Program-made: the position numbers and the translations under genes
Shown here: positions 9,901 to 19,455 of the stretch, in pieces
Numbering within the stretch: the first letter of the stretch is position 1
Layout: each line of letters begins with the position of its first letter
Assembly: GCA_046726355.1 (NCBI GenBank)
Contig: JBKPAI010000070.1
Location: 22,637-86,636, forward strand
Direction of reading: 5' to 3'
From: Acidobacteriota bacterium
GTDB lineage: Bacteria > Acidobacteriota > Vicinamibacteria > Vicinamibacterales > CAVVIG01
DNA: 64,000 bases
Notes under the pieces: generated by a model
Databases searched by the model: none
The model's input: only the letters and a program-made list of their open reading frames with translations
What the model was told of the DNA's origin: nothing

Positions 9901-10164
9901 GTTCCGAATGCCATCGGGACCTTTGGCAACTCGGCAAAGAATATGGTGCGCGGACCCGACTACTTCAACACGGACCTCGCACTGGTGAAGGTCACGAATG
10001 TCACCGGCAGCGTCGACCTGCAGCTGCGAGCGGAGTTCTTCAACATCTTCAACAATGTCAACTTCAACGCGCCCAACAGCAATGTGTCGTCGGCTCAGTT
10101 CGGCCGAATCACTACTGCCCTGGATCCGCGAATTTTGCAGTTTGGCGTGAAGCTTCTCTTTTAG
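6946..10164 (+). CDS. TonB-dependent receptor with carboxypeptidase-regulatory-like N-terminal domain
   Basis: Met 24 of ORF 6877..10164 follows GGAGAGGAGAAAG. Signal peptide MRSPTALAIAAFVVLCVSPANAQ. CarboxypepD_reg-like segment VRNVDTGFTQSATTDQSGAFLFPRLPVGNYELRVEKTGF. Plug motif FTAEYGNAAGGIVNIVTRSGTN. The terminal barrel strand ends LQFGVKLLF. Confidence 0.85.
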   Translation: MRSPTALAIAAFVVLCVSPANAQYTTASLGGNVVDSNNAVLPQAQVIVRNVDTGFTQSATTDQSGAFLFPRLPVGNYELRVEKTGFSTYVQTGINLTVDQAATQTVVMQIGQVSEEVTVQADAELVGTRNGTLGQLVDQKRVVELPLNGRMAQSLVFLAAGTVDLGRNGCRICGHGGVYPGEQTAGVNGAGMAQVNYQLDGAGHNDTYLNVNVPFPNPDAVQEFNLQASNFTAEYGNAAGGIVNIVTRSGTNEIRGTVFEFLRDGALNARNYFAPDKDPLKRNQFGGSAGGPIKKEKLFYFGTFQATRSRSKATGSVAFVPTGAERAGDFSSLSRQLVDPVTREPFPNNQLPQDRISPVAKYFLKWIPLPNRGGRELNFVGTEQTETENQFMTKVEYNGRGQQLSGRYFFTDYDLPAVIPTDNILAASNVGKAVRVQNVSVNHTVSIRPTVLLNSTFGFNRQRGGSLSSGPFGYPDAGVRISSAASSALKAPPEIVMSVTGAFSINTNHFGDFDRGDFTLRENLTTLYGPHEMHFGGEVVRLSNHITNTFRMDGNFTFNGSLSGDGMADFLLGRASNFVQGGGEFKDLKGTRWGAFAQDNWRVNQRLTVNLGVRWDPYFPYYDREGRVVCFEPGAKSQRYPNAPAGMLYGGTNHDPGCPVGGSDANVWNIAPRIGFAHRLTEDGRTSLRGGYGHFYTPIQASAFNPFTNIAPFAPGFSFDGVSFEDPYGSAGVRNPFPEQYGPRVPGPEVTFVTPTELRAVFARDFRTPLLAAWNLSLERQVGADWVFRIAYVGNKGSYFFAAAENGREINPAIYVPGASTVANTQARRRYQDYSRIGLYESTNRTKYNSAQVNAEKRFGKGLAVVASYTYSRKLDDYGWTTPDDLRFDYGLSREDVPHNFRFSNVWQFPHIGADGILSHVVNGWMLNTIVTWQSGFPFTITSGRDNSFTGINRDRADFLGGTADLGSGRTPEEMVARYFDTSKFVPNAIGTFGNSAKNMVRGPDYFNTDLALVKVTNVTGSVDLQLRAEFFNIFNNVNFNAPNSNVSSAQFGRITTALDPRILQFGVKLLF

Positions 10165-11528
10165 CGTGATCGTAGGCTGACGACGTAGACGTCGGTCGAG
10201 TCGAGCATCTGGCTGGCCCTGAACGCGCCGGGAGTGGGACGAAAGAGCGAGCCGCCGGTCGCCTCACCCACGGCAAAGACCTGTCCACCCTGTCCGACGG
10301 TGATCGCATAGCCGCGCGCGACCCCGCGCCGTGGTTCGAGATTCTCGCCGAGCAGTGACGCGTACCGGATCGCGCCGCTCTTCGCATCGATCTGCGCTAC
10401 AAAGGCTTGCGTATCGTAGTCGGCCTGCGTGCCGGTCCCGATGACAGTGACCGGAAAGTCGCGCGAATCGGTCAGACCGGTCAGCCACACGCTCCCATCC
10501 GGCGCGGCGGCAACGCCATGGATCTCGTCGACACCTGTGCCGCCGACGCACAGCCGCCTCATGGCTCCGGCGCCCAGGATCTGACCATCCATCCCAGCCG
10601 GCACGAAGACAACCAACCCATCCGAACGGCCGCCGTTGCGCCGGCAGCTCTCTGAGTCGCCGCCGACGACGATGGTTCGATCGGCCAGACTGGTGATGGA
10701 CCGGAAATGGATTCTCGATCGGCCCCCGCCGACGCTGCCGACAGTCAGGCCAGAGTCGACGGCCGTGTCAGCACGAGTGATCGTGTCCAGAAAGAAGACT
10801 CCAGCGACCGTGAAGTCGTTGTCGACGGTCGCCAGCGCGAGCGTCCGGCTGTCGACCATCGTCATCGCGGTGATCTCGCGATCGATTACGCGGGCGGAGA
10901 CGACCGCACCCTGCGCGTCGACATGTGCGACAAAACCGCGTGGCGCTCGTGGCGGCGGCGTACCGGCGCTCGCGATAACCGGGAGATCATGCGACGTGGT
11001 TCTTCCTCCGACCCAGACGCCGCCGTGACCGTCGGCCTCCGCCGCATTCGCGCGTTCGTCGCCGCTTCCTCCGAAATACGTTGCGTAGCGAATCGTCCGG
11101 CCGTCGGCACTCCACCGCAACAGCATTACGTCGCCGGCACCGTTTGAATCCAGAGATCCGCCGAACTGCCGCTGCGCAGCGTCGGACGTCACGGGCAGGT
11201 TCGGGCCGTTGGTCGAGCCCGCCACCCAAATCTCACCACCCAGGCCAGGCGCCGCCGCAAAAGCAAATGTCGAATCGCGCGTGCACAGGGCGGTCGAAAA
11301 GATGCCGGCACCGGAGCGCACGTCCAGCTTCGTCGCGAAGGCGCACCACTTGCCGTTCATCTGCTGTCCGGTCGTCGTTGGGAAATCATGCGAATAAGCG
11401 TTGCCGACCACCGTGACGCCGCCGCGATGATCGACAACCATCGCGGTGGGAACGTCTTTGTCGTTCCCGCCCCATCGCGCAATGAAGCCGACGAGCACCG
11501 CGGCGCAGGCGACCGGCGCGCGCAGCAT
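10161..11528 (-). CDS. secreted SBBP-type beta-propeller repeat protein
   Basis: It has repeated motifs such as SHDFPTTTGQ, GPNLPVTSDAAQRQFGG, TSHDLPV, DSRDFPVT and YATYFGGSGDE. Its stop overlaps the convergent receptor gene's stop by 4 nt. Confidence 0.65.
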   Translation of the reverse strand: MLRAPVACAAVLVGFIARWGGNDKDVPTAMVVDHRGGVTVVGNAYSHDFPTTTGQQMNGKWCAFATKLDVRSGAGIFSTALCTRDSTFAFAAAPGLGGEIWVAGSTNGPNLPVTSDAAQRQFGGSLDSNGAGDVMLLRWSADGRTIRYATYFGGSGDERANAAEADGHGGVWVGGRTTSHDLPVIASAGTPPPRAPRGFVAHVDAQGAVVSARVIDREITAMTMVDSRTLALATVDNDFTVAGVFFLDTITRADTAVDSGLTVGSVGGGRSRIHFRSITSLADRTIVVGGDSESCRRNGGRSDGLVVFVPAGMDGQILGAGAMRRLCVGGTGVDEIHGVAAAPDGSVWLTGLTDSRDFPVTVIGTGTQADYDTQAFVAQIDAKSGAIRYASLLGENLEPRRGVARGYAITVGQGGQVFAVGEATGGSLFRPTPGAFRASQMLDSTDVYVVSLRSR

Positions 11529-11538
11529 GGCGGCTTGC

Positions 11539-12318
11539 CTACCGCGGCGGGGGCGGAGGCGGCGGACCCGGTGCTGGGAATGGCGGCGGCTCGATCGTCG
11601 CGTTCAGCAGCGGCGGCGCCGGGCGCGGCGCTTGTCGCTGCCGGAGTGCCGCGGCCTGCTCTCTGAGTGCATCCGCGTCAGCTACGAGACGCTTCGCCAT
11701 CTGCGCGTCAGCAGCGATCTCGGCTTTCATCCTCAGCGTGAGGTTCAGCAAGACGAGCGGCTCCGGCGCGGCGGCGTCACGAGCGCGCGCCTGCTCGCAC
11801 GCGGCCTGGGCCTCGTCGAGCGGAGCACCGGCGGCACCGCTGACGGTCGCTCGCGGGGCAGCGTCCGCAATCCAGTCGCCATCTTCAATGCGGACATTCG
11901 CGACTCGTTTGCCGGCGCGGAACGCGTCGAGTGCCTGCAGGGTCCGCATCGCCGCGAGCGCGGCGAACACATTCGGATAGTTCGGATCGAGTGCGATCAG
12001 CTTGTGCAATGTTGTGAGAGCCGGGTCGGCTTCGACAACGGCAAGGTTCCACAAGGCCAGTTTGTCGCGGGGATCGAGGCGGAGGAGCTCGCGGAGCGTA
12101 GTCGCGGCCGCTTGAAAGCGATGGGCGACGCGCTGCGCGTTCGCGAGGTGAAGCAACGTGAGCCGCGAAGGTGGCTCTGCGGCCGCAACCCGTTCGAGCA
12201 GTGTCACCGCATCCTCGGTGCGTCCGGCGTTCAGCGCGGCTACGCCATCAGCAAGGGAAGGACCCGGCTGAAGCGTGAGCGGTATAAGGGCAACCAGAGC
12301 AGGTAGGTGCATTGCCAT
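11539..12318 (-). CDS. secreted hypothetical protein, TPR-like N-terminal half and Pro-rich C-terminus
   Basis: It has the signal-like N-terminus MAMHLPALVALIPLTLQPGPSLADG and helical-repeat sequence. It ends EPPPFPAPGPPPPPPPR. It lies 10 nt upstream of the SBBP gene on the same strand. Confidence 0.5.
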   Translation of the reverse strand: MAMHLPALVALIPLTLQPGPSLADGVAALNAGRTEDAVTLLERVAAAEPPSRLTLLHLANAQRVAHRFQAAATTLRELLRLDPRDKLALWNLAVVEADPALTTLHKLIALDPNYPNVFAALAAMRTLQALDAFRAGKRVANVRIEDGDWIADAAPRATVSGAAGAPLDEAQAACEQARARDAAAPEPLVLLNLTLRMKAEIAADAQMAKRLVADADALREQAAALRQRQAPRPAPPLLNATIEPPPFPAPGPPPPPPPR

Positions 12319-12395
12319 GGTCGCTTTGACACCGGGGGAACCGGAGAGGTTCCGCGCTCATTCGTCCGGCGACGGAGCCGATCCGATCGTGCCGC

Positions 12396-12797
12396 TCAGT
12401 CGTACCCGATCGCGGCGACGATGATTGCGGCAAGGAGCATGTACACGCCAGCGCCGATTCCGACGCCCATCAGCACCTTCTTGCCCGGGCTCATCGACAG
12501 TTTGGTCCGCTCGATCGACGCAACATCCTCGAACCGCAGCTCGCGCGCGGGGACGGGAATGCGCGTCTGCGGCTTGAAGGCAAAGGTCTCGTCGCCGACG
12601 CGCAGCACCGTGCCTTTCATCCGCGACCCATCTTTCAGGCGCACCGAGACGAGTGCAGCCGCTTCGAGATTGGTGAGGACCGTCCGCCACAGCTGCGCTT
12701 CGTCCGGGGCCGTTTGCTGGGCGGACGAGAGCGACGGTGTACCGGCGATCGCGATGACAAGTGCAACGCTGACCAGACGTTTCATTGGGATCCGCAC
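12396..12797 (-). CDS. small secreted / C-terminally membrane-anchored hypothetical protein
   Basis: Signal peptide MKRLVSVALVIAIAGTPSLSSAQ. Short beta-rich core (VSVRLKDGSRMKGTVLRVGDETFAF). C-terminal hydrophobic helix VLMGVGIGAGVYMLLAAIIVAAIGY. It starts 2 nt after the upstream barrel gene. Confidence 0.55.
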   Translation of the reverse strand: MRIPMKRLVSVALVIAIAGTPSLSSAQQTAPDEAQLWRTVLTNLEAAALVSVRLKDGSRMKGTVLRVGDETFAFKPQTRIPVPARELRFEDVASIERTKLSMSPGKKVLMGVGIGAGVYMLLAAIIVAAIGYD

Positions 12798-12799
12798 TT

Positions 12800-13477
12800 T
12801 CAGAAATCGACGCCGAACCCGAGACGCATCACGAACTGGCTGAGGCCGCGGCGATTGAATGCAGTGGATACTTCCGACCGGACGAACGCGCGCTCGTTGA
12901 AGTACGACTTGAAGCCGCCCGCCAGGAACGGCCGTACCTGCACCAGCATCTCGCGCTCGTCGAGCGGCGGCAGCTGATAAAAAACCACCGTGCGCCCGCT
13001 GTAAACAGGAACCGAGGGGTCGCGAACCTTATGGACGTTGACCAAGCCGACGCGGGTGCCCGCCGACAGGTACGGGTGAGCGAACACGTTTTCCAGGAAT
13101 TGATAGGTGGCTGCGGCCGAGAGTTGCATGCGCTCAATCCGCGCCCTGTAATAGGCGTACCCGACGCCGGTGGGGAGCGGAACGGGCTCCTGGCCGAACC
13201 CGTTATGCCCGTGATAATTCACAACCCCGGCCTCCGTCTTCCAGTGGCTCGTCCAGTAGCGGCCGACGCCGCCGCTCACAGCGGCGGTGGCGCTCCATGA
13301 CTCAACGAAGAGGTTTCCGGCCTCGCCTGAGTCGACGGCATCGCTCGCGTGCAGTCCCACGCTGGCATCGAAATCCCACTGCCTGAATGGCACGCCGCCC
13401 CCATCGATGGCCTGCGGCCACGCGGGTGACGCGGCAAGCAGCATGCCGGCAACGATTCCCAAGCGGATTCGGATCAT
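12800..13477 (-). CDS. small outer-membrane beta-barrel protein
   Basis: Signal peptide MIRIRLGIVAGMLLAASPAWPQA. It has alternating hydrophobic beta-strand patterning and a terminal strand ending FVMRLGFGVDF (C-terminal Phe). Confidence 0.6.
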   Translation of the reverse strand: MIRIRLGIVAGMLLAASPAWPQAIDGGGVPFRQWDFDASVGLHASDAVDSGEAGNLFVESWSATAAVSGGVGRYWTSHWKTEAGVVNYHGHNGFGQEPVPLPTGVGYAYYRARIERMQLSAAATYQFLENVFAHPYLSAGTRVGLVNVHKVRDPSVPVYSGRTVVFYQLPPLDEREMLVQVRPFLAGGFKSYFNERAFVRSEVSTAFNRRGLSQFVMRLGFGVDF

Positions 13478-13560
13478 CAGATGTTCTCTGCGGAGACATG
13501 CGAAAGCCGGCGGGAAAACGGCTCACGCCGCATGGCCGTGTGAAAAAGTGGAATAGGAAA

Positions 13561-13711
13561 AGGCAGACCTAACGGGCCTGTGAAAATCGGCTGACAAATC
13601 AAACCACAAAGGCCACAAAGGCCACAAAGAAGGCCATCTTCTTTGTGGTCTTTGTGAGCTTCGTGGTTTTCAAAAGCGCCAGAGGTTCTTCACGCTCACT
13701 GAAGGTCTGCC
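13561..13711 (-). terminator. composite element: family A hairpin (about 32-bp imperfect stem) plus conserved U-rich tail module; probable terminator of the DUF1553-DUF1501 operon
   Basis: At 13601-13670, aaaccacaaaggccacaaaggccacaaagaag-gccat-cttctttgtggtctttgtgagcttcgtggttt. On the minus strand the hairpin is followed by tttgatttgtcagccgattttcacaggcccgttaggtctgcc, which matches 50846-50895. The 9-nt inverted ends ggcagacct (13562) and aggtctgcc (13703) bracket the unit. Confidence 0.6.
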
Positions 13712-13739
13712 TCCACGAGACGGGCGGACAGGGACCGGA

Positions 13740-15179
13740 TTATGCCAGCAGCTTCGTGACGACGTTGCCCGCGACGTCCGTCAGCCGGAACTCCCGCCCC
13801 TGGAACTTGTAGGTGAGCCTCGTGTGCTCCAGTCCCATCAGGTGCAGGAAGGTGGCATGGAGATCGTGGACGTCAACGGGATCCTCGACGACGTTGTAGC
13901 CGAGGTCGTCGGTCCGGCCGACCGTGATCCCGGGCTTCACGCCGCCGCCGGCCATCCACATGGTGAACGCGCGAGGATGATGGTCACGTCCCATCAGGCG
14001 CGAGCCGTTGCGCGCCTCGTTCATCGGCGTGCGGCCGAATTCCCCGCCCCAGACGACGAGTGTCGTGTCGAGCAGTCCGCGTTGCTTGAGGTCGAGCACC
14101 AGCGCGGTCGCGGCGCGATCGGTCTCGCGACAGAGCTCGGGCACTTTCGTCGCGATGTCGGTGCCGACGCTGGCGCCGTGGGTGTCCCAGCCGCGGTGAT
14201 AGAGCTGCACGAACCGGACGCCCCGCTCGACGAGCCGGCGCGCCAGCAGGCAATTGTTCGCGAACGAGACCTTGCCCGGCTCGGTGCCGTACAGCGCGTG
14301 CATCGACGCCGGCTCCTTCGACATGTCGGTGAGCTCGGGCACGCTGCTCTGCATCCGGTACGCCATCTCGTAAGAGGCGATTCGCGTGTCGATTTCCGGA
14401 TCGCCGACCTCGCCGCGGCGCAGGCGGTTCAGATCGTTCACGAGATCGATCGCTTCACGGCGTGCCTCGGTGGCGACCCCTTCAGGATTGGACACGAACA
14501 GCACCGGATCGGCTTTCGATCGGAACTCGACGCCCTGGTACACCGTCGGCAGAAATCCGCTGCCCCAGCACGACTTGCCGCCGTCCGGCGCGTTCTCGCC
14601 CGAGAGCAGGACGACGAAGCCGGGCAGATCGCGGCTGTCGCTGCCGAGGCCGTAGGTGAGCCACGACCCGAGACTGGGCCGGCCGAACACCTGGCTGCCC
14701 GTGTTCATGAAAATCTGCCCGGGCGCGTGGTTGAACTGCGTCGTGCGAACTGACCGGACGATGGCGATGTCGTCGGCGATGGTCGCCAGGTGCGGCAGCA
14801 GCTCCGAGAGCTCGGCGCCCGACTGCCCGCATTTCCTGAACGTGAAGGGAGATCCCAGCAGGCGCGGCGTGCCTTTGATGAACGCGAACCGCTCGCCTTT
14901 CGGAATGAGCTCTGCCGGAATCTCTTCGCCGTCGTGCTGCTGCAGCGCCGGCTTGTGATCGAACAGGTCGAGCTGCGTCGGCGCACCGGCCATGAACAGG
15001 TAGATAACGTGCTTCGCTTTGGGCGCGAAATGCGGAGCGGGCGACGCCAGGCCCGGTCCCTGTCCTGCGAAGAGCGTCTCGTCGAGCAGCGCCGACAACG
15101 CCAGGCCGCCGATGCCAAACCCCGACTGCCTGAAAAAGTGCCGGCGGGTGATGTGGCGAAGAATGTTCCGGTGCATCAT
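13740..15179 (-). CDS. DUF1501 domain protein (sulfatase-like fold, Tat signal)
   Basis: Twin-arginine N-terminus ([19 protein letters not shown]). Motifs [19 protein letters not shown] and GRDHH are present. Its start overlaps the upstream gene's stop (ATGA). Confidence 0.85.
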   Translation of the reverse strand: MMHRNILRHITRRHFFRQSGFGIGGLALSALLDETLFAGQGPGLASPAPHFAPKAKHVIYLFMAGAPTQLDLFDHKPALQQHDGEEIPAELIPKGERFAFIKGTPRLLGSPFTFRKCGQSGAELSELLPHLATIADDIAIVRSVRTTQFNHAPGQIFMNTGSQVFGRPSLGSWLTYGLGSDSRDLPGFVVLLSGENAPDGGKSCWGSGFLPTVYQGVEFRSKADPVLFVSNPEGVATEARREAIDLVNDLNRLRRGEVGDPEIDTRIASYEMAYRMQSSVPELTDMSKEPASMHALYGTEPGKVSFANNCLLARRLVERGVRFVQLYHRGWDTHGASVGTDIATKVPELCRETDRAATALVLDLKQRGLLDTTLVVWGGEFGRTPMNEARNGSRLMGRDHHPRAFTMWMAGGGVKPGITVGRTDDLGYNVVEDPVDVHDLHATFLHLMGLEHTRLTYKFQGREFRLTDVAGNVVTKLLA

Positions 15180-18100
15180 TGCCTCGTCAGGGCTTCGTCG
15201 AGGTTCAACAGCGCGTTCGCGACCAGCGTCCAGGCCGCCTGCGCGGCGCCGTCGACCCCGTCAACCGCGTATCCCTTGATCGCGTGCGCGGCCGCGTCCG
15301 GGTCGTTGCGGAACCGTTCGAGCTGTCGCCTGTACGACGCCACGATCCGCTCGACTTCGTCCCGGGCCGGCGTGCGCGTTGCGGCAAGGCGGAAACCATA
15401 CACGGCACGCCCTTCATCGGTGACCGGCGCCGGCGTCTCGCGCAGCATGCGCGCCGCAAGCGCCCGCGCCGCCTCGAAGAAGACCTCGTCGTTCAGCGTG
15501 GTCAGCGCCTGGAGCGGCGTGTTCGTGCGCACCCGACGGACGGTACAGTGCTCCCGGCTCGTGGCATCGAAGGCAATCAGGCTCGGATATGTCGCCGAGC
15601 GGCGGATGAATACGTAGAGCCCGCGCCGGTAGCGACCCTCTCCTTCGCTCGTGATCCATTTCTCATTGCTGTAGGGAATGTCCCAGATACCGTCGGGCTG
15701 CGGCGGGAAGACGCTCGGTCCGCCGATCGTGCGGCTCAGGAGTCCGCTCGCGGTCAGCGCGACATCGCGCACCATTTCGGCTTCCATCCGGAAGCGCGAT
15801 CCGCGCGCGAGCAGACGGTTGTACGGATCGCGTTCGAGGAGCGCGCGCGGCACAGCCGACGACTGCCGGTACGTCGCCGACATCACGATCAGCTTGTGAA
15901 GCGCCTTCATGTGCCATCCGCCGCCGACCAGCTCGGTGGCGAGCCAGTCGAGCAGCTCCGGGTGCGACGGCGGCGCCCCTTGTGTGCCGAAGTCCTCACT
16001 GGTCTCGACGAGGCCGCGGCCGAAGAGCTGTTCCCAGGCCCGGTTGACCGCCACGCGCGCGGTCAGCGGGTTGCGCTCGTCGACGAGCCAGCGCGCCAGA
16101 CCGAGGCGGTCCGGTTTCTGGTCGTCGGGGAATGGAAGCAGCAGCTCCGGCACGCCGGCATAGACCTGCTCGCCCTTGTCCATGAAGCTGCCGCGGCGCC
16201 GCACGTACGCCGACGGGCGCTCGTCGGCCACGCGCTCGCGCATGACGAGCGCTGTCGGGATGCCGAGCGCCTTGAGCTCCTTCTGGAGATCGGTGATTCG
16301 ATCTCGTACCGGCTTCAACGACTCCGCCACGCTGCGATAGAACGCGGCCAAATCTTTCCGCTGCTGGTCGGTGCGATCGGCCGCGGCGATACCGAGGACC
16401 GGCCGCAGTCGCGCCGGGATTTCGACCACGCGCTGCGGAGTATCGCTCGACGTCGCCGACAGGCGGAACCGGCCCAGCGACTGTCCGACCGCCGCGCCTT
16501 GATGGGTCAGGCGAATCCGGAGCCGCGCCGCCGCCGCGCTCGACGGCGCCCATGGGCGATCGATCGTGAACACGATTTGCCGCGGCAGTCGCGTCGCTTG
16601 ACGGCTGGCGTCAATACGCCAGCCTCTCGGCGCCGAAGCGTCGCGCGGCAGCGTCCTGGGGAAGAACGTCTCGAGGCTCGCGGCCCCGGCGGAGTCGTCC
16701 GCTTTGATCGCATTGAATGCCAGCTTGATGTCCCCGGCTTCGACTTCGAATCCGTTCAACTGAAAATTGCCGTACGGATCGCGGCCGGGTCCGCCTTTTG
16801 GCAGCGACGGATCGGGCAGCGCTTCGACGCGAATCGCGGTAAGGCGCGGCAGTGCCGCGAGGGCCTCGATGGTGTAGACGGTCTCCCCCGGGTTCGGCCC
16901 GGCGGCCGTGACCGAGCCGTCGGGCGCCGGGATCAGCTTCACGCCTTCGGTTGCGGCCACGCTCGTTGGCGTCAGGACGGTCCATTCGGATGACGCCGTG
17001 AGCCGCATCGCCTCCTCCCACAGCGCCTGATCCCGTTCGAGGGCGGGCGTCGTGGTTGTCATCTGTTCGTTCAGCCGGTCGATCTCGGCTTGAATCGTCT
17101 TTCGTCTCGCTTCCTGCTCCGGTGTCGGCAGATCGATGACGGGCTCGAAAAATCGGGTGCCGTCTCCGAACGTACGGACCTGGTAGTCGGTGTTGGCGAA
17201 GAACGCCATCAGCCGGTAGTAATCCTTCTGGGTGAACGGATCGTACTTGTGATCGTGGCACTGCGCGCAGCCCAGCGTCGTCCCGAGCCAGGCGGTGGCG
17301 GTGGTGTTGACGCGGTCGACGAGCACTTCATAGAGCGCCTCTTCCGGATCGATGCCGCCTTCCTCGTTCGTCATCGCGTTGCGGTGGAAGCCGCTCGCCA
17401 CGATTTGCTCCGGCGTGGCGTTCGGCAGCATGTCGCCGGCGAGTTGCTCGATCGTGAAGCGGTCGAACGGCAGGTCGCGGTTCAGCGCGTCGATCACCCA
17501 GTCCCGGTACTTCCACATCTCGCGCGGGAGATCTTTTTCGAACCCGTGCGAATCGGCGTAGCGGGCGAGATCGAGCCACGGCCGCGCCCAGCGCTCGCCG
17601 TAATGCGGCGACGCCAGGAGACGATCCACGAGGCGGGCGTACGCGGCATCGGCGCCGTCACGCGCGGCATCGGTCAATACCTCGTCGACTTCCCGCACCG
17701 ACGGCGGCAGCCCGATCAGATCGAGCGAGACGCGACGCACGAGCAGCTCCAGCGGCGCCTCGGGTGACGGGGCGAGGCCCTCGCGCTCGAGCCGCGCGAG
17801 GACGAAACGGTCGATCGGCGAGCGCACCCACGCCGCATCGCGTACCGCCGGAAGCGGCGGACGTGCGGGCGTTCGATACGCCCAATGCCGTGAGGGCTCG
17901 GCGCCCCGTTGAGCGGAGGCGCTCGTCGTCACGGCGTTCTCCGGCCAGTGGGCACCTTGATCGATCCAGCCGCGAATCAGCGCGATCTGGGCGCCTGTCA
18001 GTGGATCGCCGGTCTTCGGCATCCGGCTCTGACCGTCGAGTCCGAGGAGCCGGCGCACGATCAGGCTCTGTTCGCTGTTGCCGGGGATGATGGCGGGACC

Positions 18101-18340
18101 GCTTTCGCCGCCCTGCATCGCGCCGGTGCGCTCATCGAGCCGCAGTCCCTTTGCGGGGCTCTTCGATCCGTGACAGCCGTAACAGCGGCTTTCGAGCAGA
18201 GGCTGGATGTCCCGGGTGAAGTCGATCGCCGCCGGCGGCGGGGCGGCCGGGTTCTGGGCCTGAAGAGAAGTGCGCGCCAGCGCGAGCGCTGCAAATCCGG
18301 CGAGTGCGAAAACCGGGAGATAACGGCGCGCCAACTCCAT
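15176..18340 (-). CDS. PSCyt / DUF1549 / DUF1553 domain protein (planctomycete-type cytochrome-c-domain protein)
   Basis: The start is taken at [28 protein letters not shown] haem motif near the N-terminus. DUF1549-like [19 protein letters not shown]1553-like [37 protein letters not shown]. It is translationally coupled to DUF1501. Confidence 0.85.
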   Translation of the reverse strand: MELARRYLPVFALAGFAALALARTSLQAQNPAAPPPAAIDFTRDIQPLLESRCYGCHGSKSPAKGLRLDERTGAMQGGESGPAIIPGNSEQSLIVRRLLGLDGQSRMPKTGDPLTGAQIALIRGWIDQGAHWPENAVTTSASAQRGAEPSRHWAYRTPARPPLPAVRDAAWVRSPIDRFVLARLEREGLAPSPEAPLELLVRRVSLDLIGLPPSVREVDEVLTDAARDGADAAYARLVDRLLASPHYGERWARPWLDLARYADSHGFEKDLPREMWKYRDWVIDALNRDLPFDRFTIEQLAGDMLPNATPEQIVASGFHRNAMTNEEGGIDPEEALYEVLVDRVNTTATAWLGTTLGCAQCHDHKYDPFTQKDYYRLMAFFANTDYQVRTFGDGTRFFEPVIDLPTPEQEARRKTIQAEIDRLNEQMTTTTPALERDQALWEEAMRLTASSEWTVLTPTSVAATEGVKLIPAPDGSVTAAGPNPGETVYTIEALAALPRLTAIRVEALPDPSLPKGGPGRDPYGNFQLNGFEVEAGDIKLAFNAIKADDSAGAASLETFFPRTLPRDASAPRGWRIDASRQATRLPRQIVFTIDRPWAPSSAAAARLRIRLTHQGAAVGQSLGRFRLSATSSDTPQRVVEIPARLRPVLGIAAADRTDQQRKDLAAFYRSVAESLKPVRDRITDLQKELKALGIPTALVMRERVADERPSAYVRRRGSFMDKGEQVYAGVPELLLPFPDDQKPDRLGLARWLVDERNPLTARVAVNRAWEQLFGRGLVETSEDFGTQGAPPSHPELLDWLATELVGGGWHMKALHKLIVMSATYRQSSAVPRALLERDPYNRLLARGSRFRMEAEMVRDVALTASGLLSRTIGGPSVFPPQPDGIWDIPYSNEKWITSEGEGRYRRGLYVFIRRSATYPSLIAFDATSREHCTVRRVRTNTPLQALTTLNDEVFFEAARALAARMLRETPAPVTDEGRAVYGFRLAATRTPARDEVERIVASYRRQLERFRNDPDAAAHAIKGYAVDGVDGAAQAAWTLVANALLNLDEALTRQ

Positions 18341-18391
18341 CCTCAAAACAACAGAAACACAGAGTAACACATGCCTCTATGGTAAAAGATC

Positions 18392-18500
18392 GGGCTCAAG
18401 GCTCTGAGCTGTAGCCTTCAGGCTCTCGTGGCTCTCAGCGCAGGGCTCGAGGCTCGCGGGCGCAAGAGCCGAGAGCCCAAAGTCCAGAGCCCGAAGCTCG
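18392..18500. repeat. 9-nt tandem array pair (GGCTCTSAG / GAGCCC units) in divergent spacer
   Basis: gggctcaag gctctgagc tgtagcctt caggctctc gtggctctc agcgcaggg ctcgaggct cgcgggcgc aagagccga gagcccaaa gtccagagc ccgaagctc. The left and right parts are partly complementary. Confidence 0.7.
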
Positions 18501-18510
18501 GGAGGCCAAC

Positions 18511-19422
18511 ATGGTCCGCCGTCATCTCGAACGATCGCTTGTCGTCCTGGCGTTGTCGGCGTCAGCGGTGGCCGTGCTCGCCGCGCAGGGCGGACAACCG
18601 CCGGCCACCAAGAACGATCCCAACCAGAAAGAATGGCTGCAGCTCTTCAACGGTCGCAACCTCGACGATTGGGTCATCAAGTTTGCGCACCACGATCTTG
18701 GTGAGAACTACAACGACACCTTTCGAGTCGAAGATGGTCTGTTGAAGGTGCGCTACGACAAATGGACGACGTTCAATCGTGAGTTCGGCCACATCTTTTA
18801 CAACAAGCAGCCATTCTCGTACTACCTGCTGGCAGCCGAGTATCGCTTCGTAGGGGCTCAGGTTCCCGCTGCCTCAGGCCCGGAGTTCGCCTGGGCCAGG
18901 CGCAACAACGGGCTGATGCTCCATTGCCCCGATCCCAAGACCATGATGAAGGATCAGGACTTTCCGATCTCGATAGAGGTCCAGCTGCTCGGCGGTCTCA
19001 GCGACGGCAAGCCGCGGACGACGGCGAATCTGTGCACGCCCGGGACGCATGTCGTGATGAACGGGCAGCTCCACACGCCGCACTGCACGAATTCCACCTC
19101 TAGAACCTACGACGGCGACCAATGGGTGCGTGTGGAGGTTCTCGTCCACGGCAACGAGCAGATCCGGCACATGATCGATGGTCAGACGGTCCTCGAGTAC
19201 ACGAAGCCGCAGATTGGCGGCGGCGGCGCCACGCCTACCGATCCGGGCGTGAAGGTCGACGGCACGCCGCTGACCGGCGGCTACATCGCCCTCCAGGCGG
19301 AGACAGCTCCCGCTGACTTCCGGAAAGTGGAGCTCGTGAATCTCGAGGGATGCACCGATTCCAAGGCGCGCAACTACAAGTCCTATATTGTCAAGTCGAA
19401 CGCGTCGATGTGCCAGTACTGA
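18511..19422 (+). CDS. DUF1080 domain protein (3-keto-disaccharide hydrolase-like lectin fold)
   Basis: Signal peptide, then EWLQLFNGRNLDDWVIKF...FRVEDGLLKV...GYIALQAE..ADFRKVEL. The RBS GGGAGG lies upstream. Confidence 0.8.
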   Translation: MVRRHLERSLVVLALSASAVAVLAAQGGQPPATKNDPNQKEWLQLFNGRNLDDWVIKFAHHDLGENYNDTFRVEDGLLKVRYDKWTTFNREFGHIFYNKQPFSYYLLAAEYRFVGAQVPAASGPEFAWARRNNGLMLHCPDPKTMMKDQDFPISIEVQLLGGLSDGKPRTTANLCTPGTHVVMNGQLHTPHCTNSTSRTYDGDQWVRVEVLVHGNEQIRHMIDGQTVLEYTKPQIGGGGATPTDPGVKVDGTPLTGGYIALQAETAPADFRKVELVNLEGCTDSKARNYKSYIVKSNASMCQY

Positions 19423-19455
19423 CCTGCACTCCAGCACCGCGGCGATCGCACAACC

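Noticed and set aside
13824-16993. Long plus-strand ORFs 13824..14753, 14790..15617 and 15179..16993, antisense to the DUF1501 and DUF1553 genes
   Set aside because: These are Arg/Asp/Gly-rich shadow frames, and the minus strand carries clear family motifs.
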